From contig NC_052167.1 of NCBI RefSeq assembly GCF_902713615.1, forward strand, positions 14,915,983 to 14,979,982: a stretch of DNA of 64,000 nucleotides, given 5' to 3'. This stretch comes from Scyliorhinus canicula (lineage: Eukaryota). The first letter of the stretch is position 1. The number at the start of each line of letters is the position of its first letter. Positions 36,591 through 48,690 of the stretch are shown here, one piece after another. The position numbers and the translations under genes are program-made. The notes below the pieces were generated by a model. The model saw only the letters and a program-made list of their open reading frames with translations, had not been told where the DNA came from and did no database searches.

Positions 36591-37845
36591 ATATATTTTT
36601 TATAGTTGTCAATGTATCAGTAATTATATTGTACAGCAATTACATTGTTATGCCAATTACAGTTAAAGACAGATCATAAGCACTGGCTCACCTATAAGTT
36701 GGTACAGCTGTAACAGTGGGGTATGGAAGGAACTGAGAGAGTCTGTCACTCTGCTGAGCTATCTCAGGCTGAGATAGCTTTCGACCCATTCTTCTACCAT
36801 ATACAGTTATTGGAATTAACATGGTAACAGTGGATTAACATTAAGTTTTGGTGATTCATTTCTGGAAAATAATTGTTTTGTCTCTACCCTCTGAGGAAAA
36901 AAATATACTACTGCTGAGAGTTTAAGTGACAGATTGGCAGAAGGACAATGCTCAATATCAGGCTTTGACTGTGCACCAATATTTTTGAAGGTGGACCATA
37001 TCAGCAATGGAAAACTGACGTTCAAATGTGGGCACTGGTTATTCTATTACTCTGAAAGAAGCAAGATATGGCTTTGGCTTTGCCAAAGATTTGGAGTAAA
37101 ATATTTTCAACGTCCAACGTGGATAATTTGGGATAACAATGAGGGGTAGGACCTTTGTATACAGTTTTTGGATACTTTATTGGAAGCATGTCCGACCTTT
37201 GATAGATTCATGAAAACAGGTGAACAGTCAAAAAGCTAATTTCTGCTTATCCTGGTGTCATAGGTCTTATGCAGTTCCAGCAACCCTTTTCTCAAGTTTT
37301 ATCGGACTTTAACAGCTGTTTTAAGAGACTGAAGAAATTTGAGCTTGAATCCTGGAGTCTGTATTGGCATTTAAGTTACAAGATTGTGCATGCATTTCTC
37401 CTATCAATAGGCTTTTGGTATTGATTGGGGTTTAATTACAAAGTAAAGAATCTCTTTTAGACCAATTGGCTGCTGCACTAAAAAAAATCTAGAAAGACTT
37501 CTACTTTCCTATTGAATACAGGCAACTCTGTGGTAACTCTGTGGTAAAGCTAAGGATGGAGGATTCAGTCAAAAACAGTAGGTCTGTAGGCATCTGTGGA
37601 GAGAGAAGCAGTTTGTCAAAGCAGTTTTGACAAAGTGAAATGCAGACTCGAAAAGTTAGCTTCCTTCTCTCTCCACAGTTGCTGTCAGAGATTGTCCAGT
37701 GTTTTCTGTTTTTTTTTACAGATTCCAGCAAATGCAGTAATTTGCTTTTATCTTATTATGGAGGATTCAATGAAGGCTGAGTTTTGAGGTGAACAAAACA
37801 TTAAATGTAGATCCCAGTGCAAAGAAGTTGTTACGTTTCAAAGAA

Positions 37846-39832
37846 ATATTTTTATTCAAGGCTTTTCAACAAAACATCAAAAGGTCAATGAAAGCGCAAC
37901 GAAAGACCATCACAACTAACCACCCAACCACCCCAACCCTCCAGCCCCTCTGACACTGACCCCTATCGCGTCCCACCTTCCCAGAAAAGCACCCCTCTCG
38001 CTGACCCCTCAGTCCTCCTCGAAGAAACCAATGAACGGCTTCCACCACCGAGTGAACCCTTCTATTGACCCCCACAGGGCAAACTTGCTTTTCTCTAACA
38101 GCAGGAATTCTGCCAGATTGCTGACCCACCTCTTCCTTTGGTGGTTCTGAGTCCCTCCAACATAAAGAAAATCCGTCTCCAGGCTATCAGGGAGGGAAAG
38201 GCCAATACCCCACCTCCAGAACCTCAGACATCAGGTCCAAGAATTCCCTCAGTCTTGGACACGGCCAAAACATGTGGACGTCACTCGTGGGCCCCCTCCG
38301 CGCATCGGCCACACCTTTCCTCCACCCCCTCAAAAAAGTTGCTCATCCTCACCACCGTCATGTGGGCCCTAAGCACCAGTTTGAATTAGATGAGGCTTAA
38401 CCTCACACATGACAAGGACGTATTCACCATCCACAAAGCCTCAGCCCATGACCCAGCACCAACTGCTCTCCCAAATCATCTTCCCACTTGCGCTTAGTAT
38501 CTGCCACCCGGCCGCCCTCCCACTCCATCAATATACCGAAACCTTCCCTTCCCCTATTCTGTCCTTGACAGAAGCTTATCTTGCAGCATCGGAGGCAGCA
38601 ATCCCAGGAAAGTTGACACCTCTCTCCTTAGGCACTTTAAACAATTCCTCCAGCCCCGCAAATTTGCCCCTTATAACTAGGTCCCTGAAATACTCAATCC
38701 CACCATCCCCAGAACCTTGCATCCAGTCTCACTGGCACAAACATATGGTTGTCACAAATAGGCTCCCTCCAAACCTAGGTGCTGCCTACACTGCTTCCAC
38801 ATCCTCAGAGCCGACACCACCATTGGATTAAAGGAATATCTGGCTGGTGAGAATGACAGAGGTGCCAACACCAATGCCCCCAAGCACATTCCCCTACATG
38901 ATGCCCCCTCCATCAGTCCCCAAAACCAACCTCTCTAACACAACCCATTTCCTCACAATCGCAATGTTTGCAGCCCAATAACAATTGATCAAATTCAGTA
39001 CCAGCACATACCCCCCCTTCACCCTGCTCCCAAAAAGCCTGTTGCACCCATAACGCCTTCCCCACCCACACAAACCGCGAGGTCAACCCATTGACCTTTC
39101 TGAAAAACGACTTAGGGACAAAGATGGGGAGGTTCTGAAAAAAAACAGAAACCTAGGCAGCACCGTCATTTTAACCTTCTGCACCCACCCTGCCAACGAA
39201 ATGGCAAAACATCCCACCTCCTAAAATCTGCCTTCATCCAGTCCACCGATCGAGCCAAATTCAACATGTGCAACTGGGCCCAGCTTCGCGCCACCAGGAT
39301 ACCAAGGTATCGAAAGCTCGTCCCCACCACCCTAAACAGCAGCACCCCTAACCTCCTTTCCTGCCCCTCGCATTTATCGGGAACACCTCACACTTTCTCA
39401 TATTCAATTTATACCCTGAAAGCTAGCCAAATTTCCCCCCAAATCCCCATGATCCTACCAATGTGTCAGAAATATATAATAGCAGACCACCTGCATACAA
39501 CGGAACCCAATGCTCAATTTCTACCCCCTCCCCCCCCCCCCCCCCCCCTCCCACCCACTCAATCACTTGACACCTAAAGCGCCATTGCCAGTGGCCCTAT
39601 CGCCAAGATGAAAAGCAGCAGGGAAAGCGGACACTCCTGTCTCATCCTATGATGTAACCCAAAGGACCCCAAACTCACTCGGTTCACCCGCAGTCTTGTC
39701 ACCAGCGCCTTATACACTATGCGGACCAAATCCACAAACTCCTGCCTGAACCCGAACCTCCCCAACTCATCAAACAAATACGCCCACTCCATACGATCAA
39801 AAGCCTTTCCCATGTCCATCACCACCACTATC

Positions 39833-39863
<31 letters not shown>

Positions 39864-40420
39864 CCACTATCTCTCCCCCCCCCCCCCCCCCGGGGCTCCA
39901 ACAAGTAAAGCCTCCTATAGAAGGCCTTAATACCCCATTCACCCCCTCCCAATCCATCACCACCTTACACCCTTCGTTCCTCACTCTACAGATCTCCCTA
40001 GCCGCTGTCTACTTCCTCAACTGATGGGCCAGCATCCTGCTTGCCTTCTCCCCGTATTTATACACTGCCTTTCTGGTCCTCTGCAATTTCCCCACCACTT
40101 TCCCTGTTGACACTAACCCAAACATCTGGAGCCTCTGCTTCTTCTTCAACCATTCCTCTGGCACCACCGAGTACCTCCTATCCACCCTCAAGGTCTCCTC
40201 GACCAGTGTTGCCCTCACCTCCCGCTCCACCCTCTCCCTGTATTGGAGAGGGTGCCTGAATTGAAATAATACCCCCCATAACTACAGCCTTGAGTGCCTA
40301 CCACAATGTGGCAGCTATGGCCTCCCCCATATCATTCACCTCTACATATCCTCGAATTGCAGCCCTCACCTGCGCACACAGACCCTCATCCACCAACAGA
40401 TCCACATCTAGCCTTCACTG
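37846..40420 (-). mobile_element. L1/Tx1 LINE ORF2, degenerate
   Basis: DMGKAFDRMEWAYLF..LGRFGF, RQECPLSLLLFILAI and YKYGEKASRMLAHQLRK. Confidence 0.85.
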
Positions 40421-40619
40421 TGGCCACCACTGTTGCACCTCTATTAGAGGATGTATGGTGGGACCTGTACTACAGGTATGTTGGTAGTCCCTGCGTATAA
40501 ATATGTGTGTCCTCCATACTGCAACCATTTTGCCAGCTGCTGTGGGAGGCCACACATCTTAGAGCAATAAAGCCACAGTTGTATCCAACGCAAGTCTTTG
40601 TACAATTTATCGTGCATCA
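40420..40619 (+). mobile_element. Gypsy LTR, opposite orientation to adjacent copies
   Basis: TATAAATA 40496, Inr-like CCATTTT 40525-40531, AATAAA 40566-40571, ends ...GCATCA; homologous to LTRs at 43736 and 45812. Confidence 0.85.
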
Positions 40620-40666
40620 ATTTATTGCTCTAAGATGTGTGGCCTCCCACAGCAGCTGGCAAAATG

Positions 40667-43600
40667 CATTCACCTGGCCTTCACCAGGTGCGTACGGTCC
40701 GGCTGGTAGAAGTGCGGCTTGCACTCTGCACAGACCTGGCAGTCCCTGGTGATTGTCCATACTTCCTCAACGAAGTAGGGCAGATTGCAGGTCTTTATGA
40801 AATGGTACAACCGTGTGACTCCCGGGTGACAAAGGCTGTCGTGCAGGGTCCGGAGTCGGTCTACTTGTGCGCTGGCACATGTACTTCGGGATAGGGCATC
40901 TGGGGGCTCGTTGAGCTTACTGGGGCGATACAAAATCTCATAATTGTAGGTGGAGAGCTCGATCCTCCACCTCAAAATCTTATCATTCTTGATCTTGCCC
41001 CGCTGTGTGTTATTGAACATGAAGGCTACCGACCGTCGGTCAGTGAGGAGAGTAAATCTCCTGCCGGCCAGGTAATGCCTCCAATGCCGCACAGCTTCAA
41101 CGATAGCTTGGGCCTCTTTTTCGATGGATGAGTGCCGAATTTCTGAGGCATGAAGGGTGCGGGAAAAGAATACCACGGGTCTGCCTGCCTGATTGAGCGT
41201 GGTGGCTAGGGCGACACCTGATGCGTCGCTCTCTACTTGAAAGGGCAGTGTCTCGTCTACTGCGTGCATCCCGTCCTTGGCGATATCGGCTCTGATAGGG
41301 GCGAAGGACTGTTGTGCCTCGACCATCAGGGGAAAATGGGTTGACTGTATGTGTGGGCGGGCCTTGTCCGCATAGTTTGGGACTCACTGAGCGTAGTACG
41401 AAAAGAACCCCAGGCAGCGTTTGAGGGCCGTGGGGGAGGGGGAGCTCTATGAGGGAACGCATGCGGTCGGGATCAGGCCCCAAAACTCCGTTCTGGACCA
41501 CATAGCCGAGGATGGCTAAGCGGGTCATGCTAAACACGCACTTCTTGTTGTAGGTGAGGTTTAGGAGAGTGGCGGTGTGGAAAAATTTGGCACGGTTGGC
41601 GTAGTGGTCCTGCTGATCATGGCCGCAGATGGTGACGTTGTCTAGGTACGGAAATGTACACAAACCGTACTGGTCGACTATTCGGTCCATCTTCCTTTGG
41701 AAGACCGAGACCCCGTTGGTGACGCCGAAGGGAACCCTGAGGAAGTGATAGAGGCGGTGTATGGCCGGTCCAATTTACGAATGGGGAGCTGGTGATAGGC
41801 GTATTTCAGGTCTATCGTTGAGAAGGCCCGGTACTGTGCAATCTGATTGACCATATCAGATGTGCGTTGGAGGGGGTACATGTCGAGCTGCGTGCGGTAC
41901 TGATGGTCTGGCTGTAGTCCACGACCATTCTGTGTTTCTCTCCAGTTTTAACTACTACCACTTGGGCTGTCCAGGGGCTGTTGCTGGCCTCGATGATGCT
42001 TTCCCGAAGCAGCCGCTAGACCTCGGACCTGATGAAGGTCCTGTCCTGGGTGCTGTATCGTCTGCTCCTGGTGGTGACGGGTTTGCAATCCGAGGTTAGA
42101 TTTGCGAAGAGGGAAGGCGGATCGACCTTTAGGGTCGCGAGGCCGCACACAGTGAGGGGTGGTACGGGCCCGCTGAATTTTAGGGGTAGTCTCTGGAGGT
42201 TACATTGTAAGTCCAGGCCAAGTAGTTAGGGAGGATGTAGAGGCGGATGCCTCTGAATTCTACACCCTGGACCGTGAGTGTGACCGTACAGAACCCCCAG
42301 ATCGCCACGGAATGGGATCCGGAGGCCAGCGAGATTCTTTGGTTGGCGGAGTGTACCGCGAGGGAGCAGCGCCTTACCGTATCCGGGTGGATGAAGCTTT
42401 CGGTGCTCCCGGAGTCCAGCAGGCAAGAGGTCACGTGTCCGATTTTAACGCTGGTCGATGCGGTGGCTAGGTTGTGCGTGCGAGACTCGTCGATGGTCAC
42501 TGAGGCAAGTCGTGGTCGGTCGTCGCTGGGGTCAGATGATGGGGAGCCCGGGGACACAGGTCCGGGAACGCTGGCAGTGCCCATGTGCCGTGGGGGAGAC
42601 AAGATGGCGATGCCTGAAGAGCTTGAGGAGGGCAAAATGGCGGCGCCATGGGCCGCACGTGGCGGGGGTTGAACAAGATGGCGGCGCCCATGGGCCGCAC
42701 GTGTTGCTCAGAGGGGAAGATGGCCGCGCCCACTGGCCGCGCGTCGTCTGATGGGGGGAAGATGGCCGCGCCCACTGGCCGCGCTTGGTCTGAGGGGGAG
42801 AAGATGGCGGCGCCCACTTGCCACGCATCGTCTGGGGGAGAAGATGGCGGCGCCCACATGCCGCACGTGGTCCGGGGAGGTGAAGATGGTGGCACCCATT
42901 GTCCGTAAATGAGGGGGGGTGGGGGCGATAGCACCATCTGCACGGGCCTGGCACACCGCGGCAAAGCGCCCCTTTTTGCCACAAGCCTTACAAAGGGCAG
43001 CGCGGACCGGGCAGCGTTGGCGGGGTTGTTTCTGCTGGCCGCAAAAGTAACATTGGGGACTCCTGGGGTTCGCTGGCTGGCGCGTGGCGCAGGTGTATTG
43101 GCTGGGTAAGGCCCCTGCTGGGGCGGCCGTCTGTGGGGTCCACAATGCGTTGGAGGGGAGGACCGTGCGGCTGGTGGTGTAGGTCTGAATGTTGCGTGAG
43201 GCGACCGTCATAGAGAGCGCTAGTTTCTTCATCTCTGCTAGGTCGAGCGTGGCCACTTCTAATAGTCGCTGACGTATGAGGTCCGACCCAATCCCTGTAA
43301 CAAACGCGTCCAGCATAAGGAGGTTTGAATGTTCAGTGGCCTTAACGGCCTGACAGTCACAGTCCCGGATGAGTGGGATTAGGGCCTGCCAGAAGTCCTC
43401 TATGGACTCACCAGGGAGTTGAGAGCGAGTGGCGAGTACATGCCTGGTGAAGAGCGTGTTCGTCTTCTGAGCGTAATTCTCTTTGAGAAGCGTCATTGCT
43501 TCGGCATAGTGTGGTGCGTCCTGGATTAGCGGAAAGACGCTGGAGCTCAACCTTGAGTACAGGATCTGTATCTTCTGAGCCACCGAGACACGGCTGGGCG

Positions 43601-43862
43601 CTGAGTTGATGTACGCCTCAGAACAAGCTAGCCAGTGTTGAAAGTCCTTTTTTGCGTCGCTTGAATGCGGATCCAGCTGCAGGCGATCCGGTTTGATACG
43701 GAGGTCCATCTTTTGAAAATCTTAGAGCAATAAATTAATGCACGATCAATAGCACAAAGACATGAGTTGGATACAACTGAGGCTTTATTGCACTAAGATG
43801 TGTGGCCTCCCACAGCAGCTGGCGAAATGGCTGCAGCATGGAGAACACACATATTTATACTC
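40667..43862 (-). mobile_element. Gypsy LTR retrotransposon copy A (partial 5' LTR, gag, pro, RT, RNase H, truncated integrase)
   Basis: gag MDLRIKPDRLQLDP..CYFCG..CKACGKKG; protease LLDSGSTESF; RT YLDNV; RNase H VESDAS..EKEA..LLTD; integrase HPG..C..C. Confidence 0.92.
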
Positions 43863-43874
43863 AGGACAACCAAC

Positions 43875-46042
43875 GTAATAGCTGGTGATAGCCCTGACTT
43901 CCTCGATGGAGTAGGGCAGATTGCGGGCCTTAATGAAGTGGTAAAAACAGGTGACTCCTGGGTGACAGAGGTTGTCGTGCAGGGTCTGGAGTCGGTCCAC
44001 TTGTGCGCTGGCACATGTATCTCGGGATTGGGCATCAGGGGGCTCGTTGAGCTTACCGGGGCGATACAAAATCTCATAATTGTAGGTGGAGAGCTCGATC
44101 CTCCACCTCACGATTTTATCGTTTTTGATCTTGCCCCGCTGTGTGTTGTTGAACATGAAGGTAACTGACCGTTTGTCAGTGAGGAGAGTGGATCTCCTGC
44201 CGGCCAGGTAATGCCTCCAATGTCGCACAGCTTCAACGATCTCTTGGGCCTCCTTCTCGACAGAGGAGTGCTGAATTTCGGAGGCATGGAGGGTGCGGGA
44301 AAAGAATGCCACGGGTCTGCCTGCCTGGTTGAGGGTGGTGGCTAGGGCGACATCTGATGCGTCGCTCTCTACTTGAAAGAGCAGTGGCTCGTCTACTGCG
44401 TGCGACTTGGAAGGGGAGCGTCTCATCGACCATGTGCATCGCAGCCTTGGCGATGTCGGCCTTGATACGGTCGAAGGCCTGATGAGCCTCGGCTGTCAGT
44501 GGGAAAACGGTGGATCGAATGAGTGGGCAGGCCTTGTCCGCATAGTTTGGGACCCACTGAGCGTAATACAAAAAGAACCCCAGGCATCGTTTGAGGGACT
44601 TGGGGCAGTGGGGGAGAGGGAGTTCCATGAGGGGGCGCATGCGATCGGGGCCGGGCCCTAGAACTCTGTTCAGAACCACATAGCCGAGGATGGCTAATCG
44701 GTTCGTGCTGAACACAAACTTCTCCTTGTTGTAACTGAGGTTGAGGAGAGTGGCGGCGTGGAGAAATTTTGAAAGGTAAACGTCGTGGTCCTGCTGGTCG
44801 TGGCCGCAGATGGTGACGTTGTCCAGGTACGGGAAAGTGGCCCGCAAACCGTACAAGTCAACCATTCAGTCCATCTCCCGTTGGAAGACCAAGACCCTGT
44901 TGGTGATGCCGAAGGGAACCCTAAGGAATTGGTAAAGGCGGCCGTCTGCTTCGAATGCAGTGTGTGGGCGGACCGCCTTACGGATGGGGAGCTGGTGGTA
45001 GGCAGATTTCAGATCCACTGTCGAGAAGACCCGGTTTTGTGCAATCTGATTGACCATGTCAAATATGCGTGGTAATGTGTTCGGCAGGTTGGGTTGACGT
45101 GGAATGCACTTGATGCAGTGTAGCGAGAGACAGACCTCTAACACTGGATAAGATCCAACACGATTTTATTTAACGTCTTAACTAATATACATGTTCAACT
45201 GTGGGTTGACACTATACTGAATTGACTGGAGACCTAGTACTAGCCTGACCAGACTTATTAGCTACCGCATGGTGTTTGCACTGGCTAGCTCACAAACTCT
45301 GACTGTCTCAGTGGCTGGGTCCAGAGAGAGCGGGAAACCTAGTGCCCTCCAGCTTTATAGTGGTAGTGTCCTGTCTGGTGATTGGCTGCTCTGTTCTGTG
45401 TGCTCACTGGTCATCCTGTGTGTCAATCACTGCCTGTCTGCACTCCATTATATATATAGATGTATATTATGACACGTGGGAGGGGGTACACGTCGAGCTG
45501 CGTGTACCCGTTGATGGTCTGACTGGAGTCAACGACCATCCTGTTTTTCTCCTCGGTTTTTACCACTACGACTTGGGCTCTCCAGGGGCTGTTGCTGGCC
45601 TCGATAATACCTTCCCGCAGCAGTCGCTGTACCTCAGCCGCATACACAGAATCTGGAGCTTCTGCGCATCTGGGATTGGGTCTGGCGCAGACCCGATGGA
45701 TGCTTCAAAACAGGCTAGCCAATGTTCAAAGTCTTTTTTGGCATTGTCTGCTTGAGGATGCAGCTGCAGGTGATCCAGCTTGATGCGGAGGTCCATCTCT
45801 GTGCAATAAATTAATGCACTATCAATTACGATGAGACAAGAGTAGAATGTAATCAAGGCTTTATTACACAGAGATGTGTGGCCTCCTCTAGCAGCTGACA
45901 AAATGGTTGCTGTATGGAGAGCACACATATTTATACTCCGCCTACTGGGCGGAGCCAACAGGAAGGGATCTACCCCCATACCTGTAGTACAGGGGCCTTA
46001 CCGTAAAACACATATATACAGTATAATACAGTGACTACCACA
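43875..46042 (-). mobile_element. Gypsy copy B, same family, internally deleted, 5' LTR 45812-46042
   Basis: gag start MDLRIKLDHLQLHP fused to RT; YLDNV and RNase H nearly identical to copy A. Confidence 0.9.
45073..45474 (-). mobile_element. Solo LTR of another family, inserted in Gypsy copy B RT
   Basis: 5-bp TSD CGTGG at 45068-45072 and 45475-45479; minus strand starts TGTCA and has TATAAA and AATAAA. Confidence 0.85.
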
Positions 46043-46685
46043 ATCTTCTTGTCCAAGAAGTGGTACAACCATACCACTATCGCCCTCAATGGCTCTCCCA
46101 CCTGTGGCCTCCTCCTCAATGCCCTGTTCGCCCAATCCACCTTGAGGGCCGATCAATGGCTCCCTCCCCCATCAACTGCACCAGCATCCTTGCCACATAC
46201 AAGCTGTGTCCGCTCCCTCAATACCCTCGGGCATCCCGACTATGCTTAAATTCTGTCATCTGGAGTGATCCTTCAGTTTTTCTCTCAGCCTCTTCTGGCT
46301 GTCCACCACCATCCCGAACTCTGCTGTCAGCGAGGCCACCCATTCCTCATGCTTCCCACTGCCTCTTCCACCTTCCGTATCGCCAGACCTTGAGAATCTG
46401 CCCCACTTTCTGAATCGCCGCCCTGAGCGGCTCCATCACCTTAGCCAGGTCCTCCAAGGCCTTCTTCCTCGGCTTCTGGAACTTATTATTTAAAAACTCC
46501 ACCAGCTGCTCCATCGACCTCTGGGCAAGCAGCACTGCCCCCTTGCCCTTTGCGATCTTGACCTGTGAGACACCGTAAGAACTGCCGTGCTCCAACTGCT
46601 CTCTTTTTCTTGTAGCATTTCTCATCCTCTGATCCATGCACCAGACTCACGAGAGGAGTATTACCTTCCCTGAGCACTCACCTTT
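46043..46685 (-). mobile_element. L1/Tx1 ORF1 region, probably the 5' part of the L1 at 37846-40420
   Basis: Coiled-coil-like MEQLVEFLNNKFQK..ALEDLAKVMEPLRAAI; same strand as the L1. Confidence 0.65.
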
Positions 46686-46687
46686 CT

Positions 46688-48690
46688 TGATTTGATTTGA
46701 TTTATTGTCACATGTACCGAAGTACAGTGAAAAGTATTTTTCTGCAGCCAAGACACAAGAATAATCAACAGGGAACATTGACAAATGGTACATCGACAAA
46801 ACAGTGATTGGTTACAGTGCGGAACAAGGGGCCAAACAAAGCAAATACATGAGCAAGAGCAGCTTAGGGCATCGTGAATAATGTTCTTTCAGGGAACAGA
46901 TCAGTCCATAGGTGGAGTCATTGGGGAGTCTTGTAGCTGTGGGGAACAAGCTGTTCCTATGTCTGGGTGTGCGAGTCTTCAGACTTCTGTACCTTCAGCC
47001 TGATGGAAGGGCCTGGACGAAGGCAAAGCCTGGGTTGGGGGGGGTCTCTGATAATGCTGGCTGCCTTCCTGAGGCAGCAAGAGGTGTATACAGAATCAAT
47101 GTGGGGGTAACAAGTTTGTGTGATGCATTGAGCTGAGTTCACCACAGTCTGCAGTTTCTTGCGATCTTGGACCGAGCAGTTGCCACACCAGGCTGTGATG
47201 CAGCCAGATAGGATGCTCATCTGTAGAGGTTTGTGAGAGTCGATGCAGACATGCCAACTCTTTAGCTTCCGCAGGAAGTAGAGACGTTGTTGGGTTTTCT
47301 TGACTGTTGCATCAACGTGCGTGGACCAGGACAGACTTTTCGTGATGGTGACCCCCCAGGAACCTAAAGCTGTCGACCATCTCCACTTCGGAGCCATTGA
47401 TGCAGATGGGAGTGTGTGTCGTGGTGCGCTTCCTGAAGTCAATGATCAGTCCTTGGTCTTTCCAACATTTAGAGAGAGGTTGTTTTCAGTACACCATGCA
47501 ACCAAGTGATTTATCTCCCGCCTGTAGTCTGATTCGTCGTTGTTTGAGATGCGGCCCACCACAGTCGTATTATTCGCAAACTTATAGGTTGAGTTGGAGT
47601 TAAATCTTGCCACACAGTCATGGGTGTATAGGGAGTACAGTAGAGGACTGAGCACACATCTTTGCGGGGCTCCAGTGTTGAGGACTATTGTGGAGGAGCT
47701 GCTGTTGCCTATCCTGACAGATTGCGGTCTGTTGGTGGGGAAGTAGAGGATCCAGCTGCACAGGGAGGGGTCAAGTCCAAGGTTGCGGAGTTTGGTTATT
47801 AGTCTTGTTGGGATAATGGTGTTGAAGGCGGAGCTGTAGTCCATGAAACAGCAGTCTTACATAGGTGTCCTTGTCGTCGAGCTGTTCGAGTGTTGATTGC
47901 AGAGCCAGTGAGACAGCATCTGCTATGGACCGGTTGCGGTGATCGGCAAATTGCAGTGGATCGAGACCATCTGGGCGGCTGGCAGTGAATCATCTCATGT
48001 CTAGCCGCTTGAAGCATTCCATGATAACAGACCTTAGGGCACTGGTCGGTAGTTGTTGAGACAGGCTACCTTGTTCTTCTTTGGTCCTGGTATTATGGTG
48101 GCCTTCTTGAAGGAGGTGGGGACCTCAGAGCGGAGGTGTGAGATGCTGAAGATATCTGCGAATACACTCGCCAGCTGGTCTGCACAGGCTCTGAGAGCTC
48201 ACCCAGGGACTCCGTCGGGGCCCTCCGCTTTCCACAGATTAACTTTCAAGAAGGCAGCTCTTACCTCTTAGGCTGTAATAGTGGGTATGGGTGTGTCCAG
48301 AGCTGTTGGGGCGGGTGGCACTGATAAATTGGCTGACTGCTCAAAGCGGGCATAGAACTTGTTCAGATAATCGGGTAGGGATCTCCAGACCCAGATATTC
48401 CACCTGGCCTTGCTTTATAGCCTGTGATCTTGTGTAGGCCCTGCCATAGCCATCGTGGATTAGTGTCGTTGGCCTGGGGCTCTAGTTTGATGCGGTATTG
48501 TCTTTTTGCATCCCTGATGGCTTTCCGTACGTCGTACCTGTATTTCTTATATAGGTCAGGGTCATCAGACTTGAACGCCTCTGTTCAGAACTTCAGCAGG
48601 GAGTGAACCTTTTGGTTGAGCCAGGGTTTCCGCTTTGGAAATACCCGTATTATCCTCGACACACTTACTGATGAAGTCTGTGACGGTGGT
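46688..48690 (-). mobile_element. Rex1/Babar LINE
   Basis: [39 protein letters not shown]; (GATTT)n tail; same clade as 11572-13240. Confidence 0.9.
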
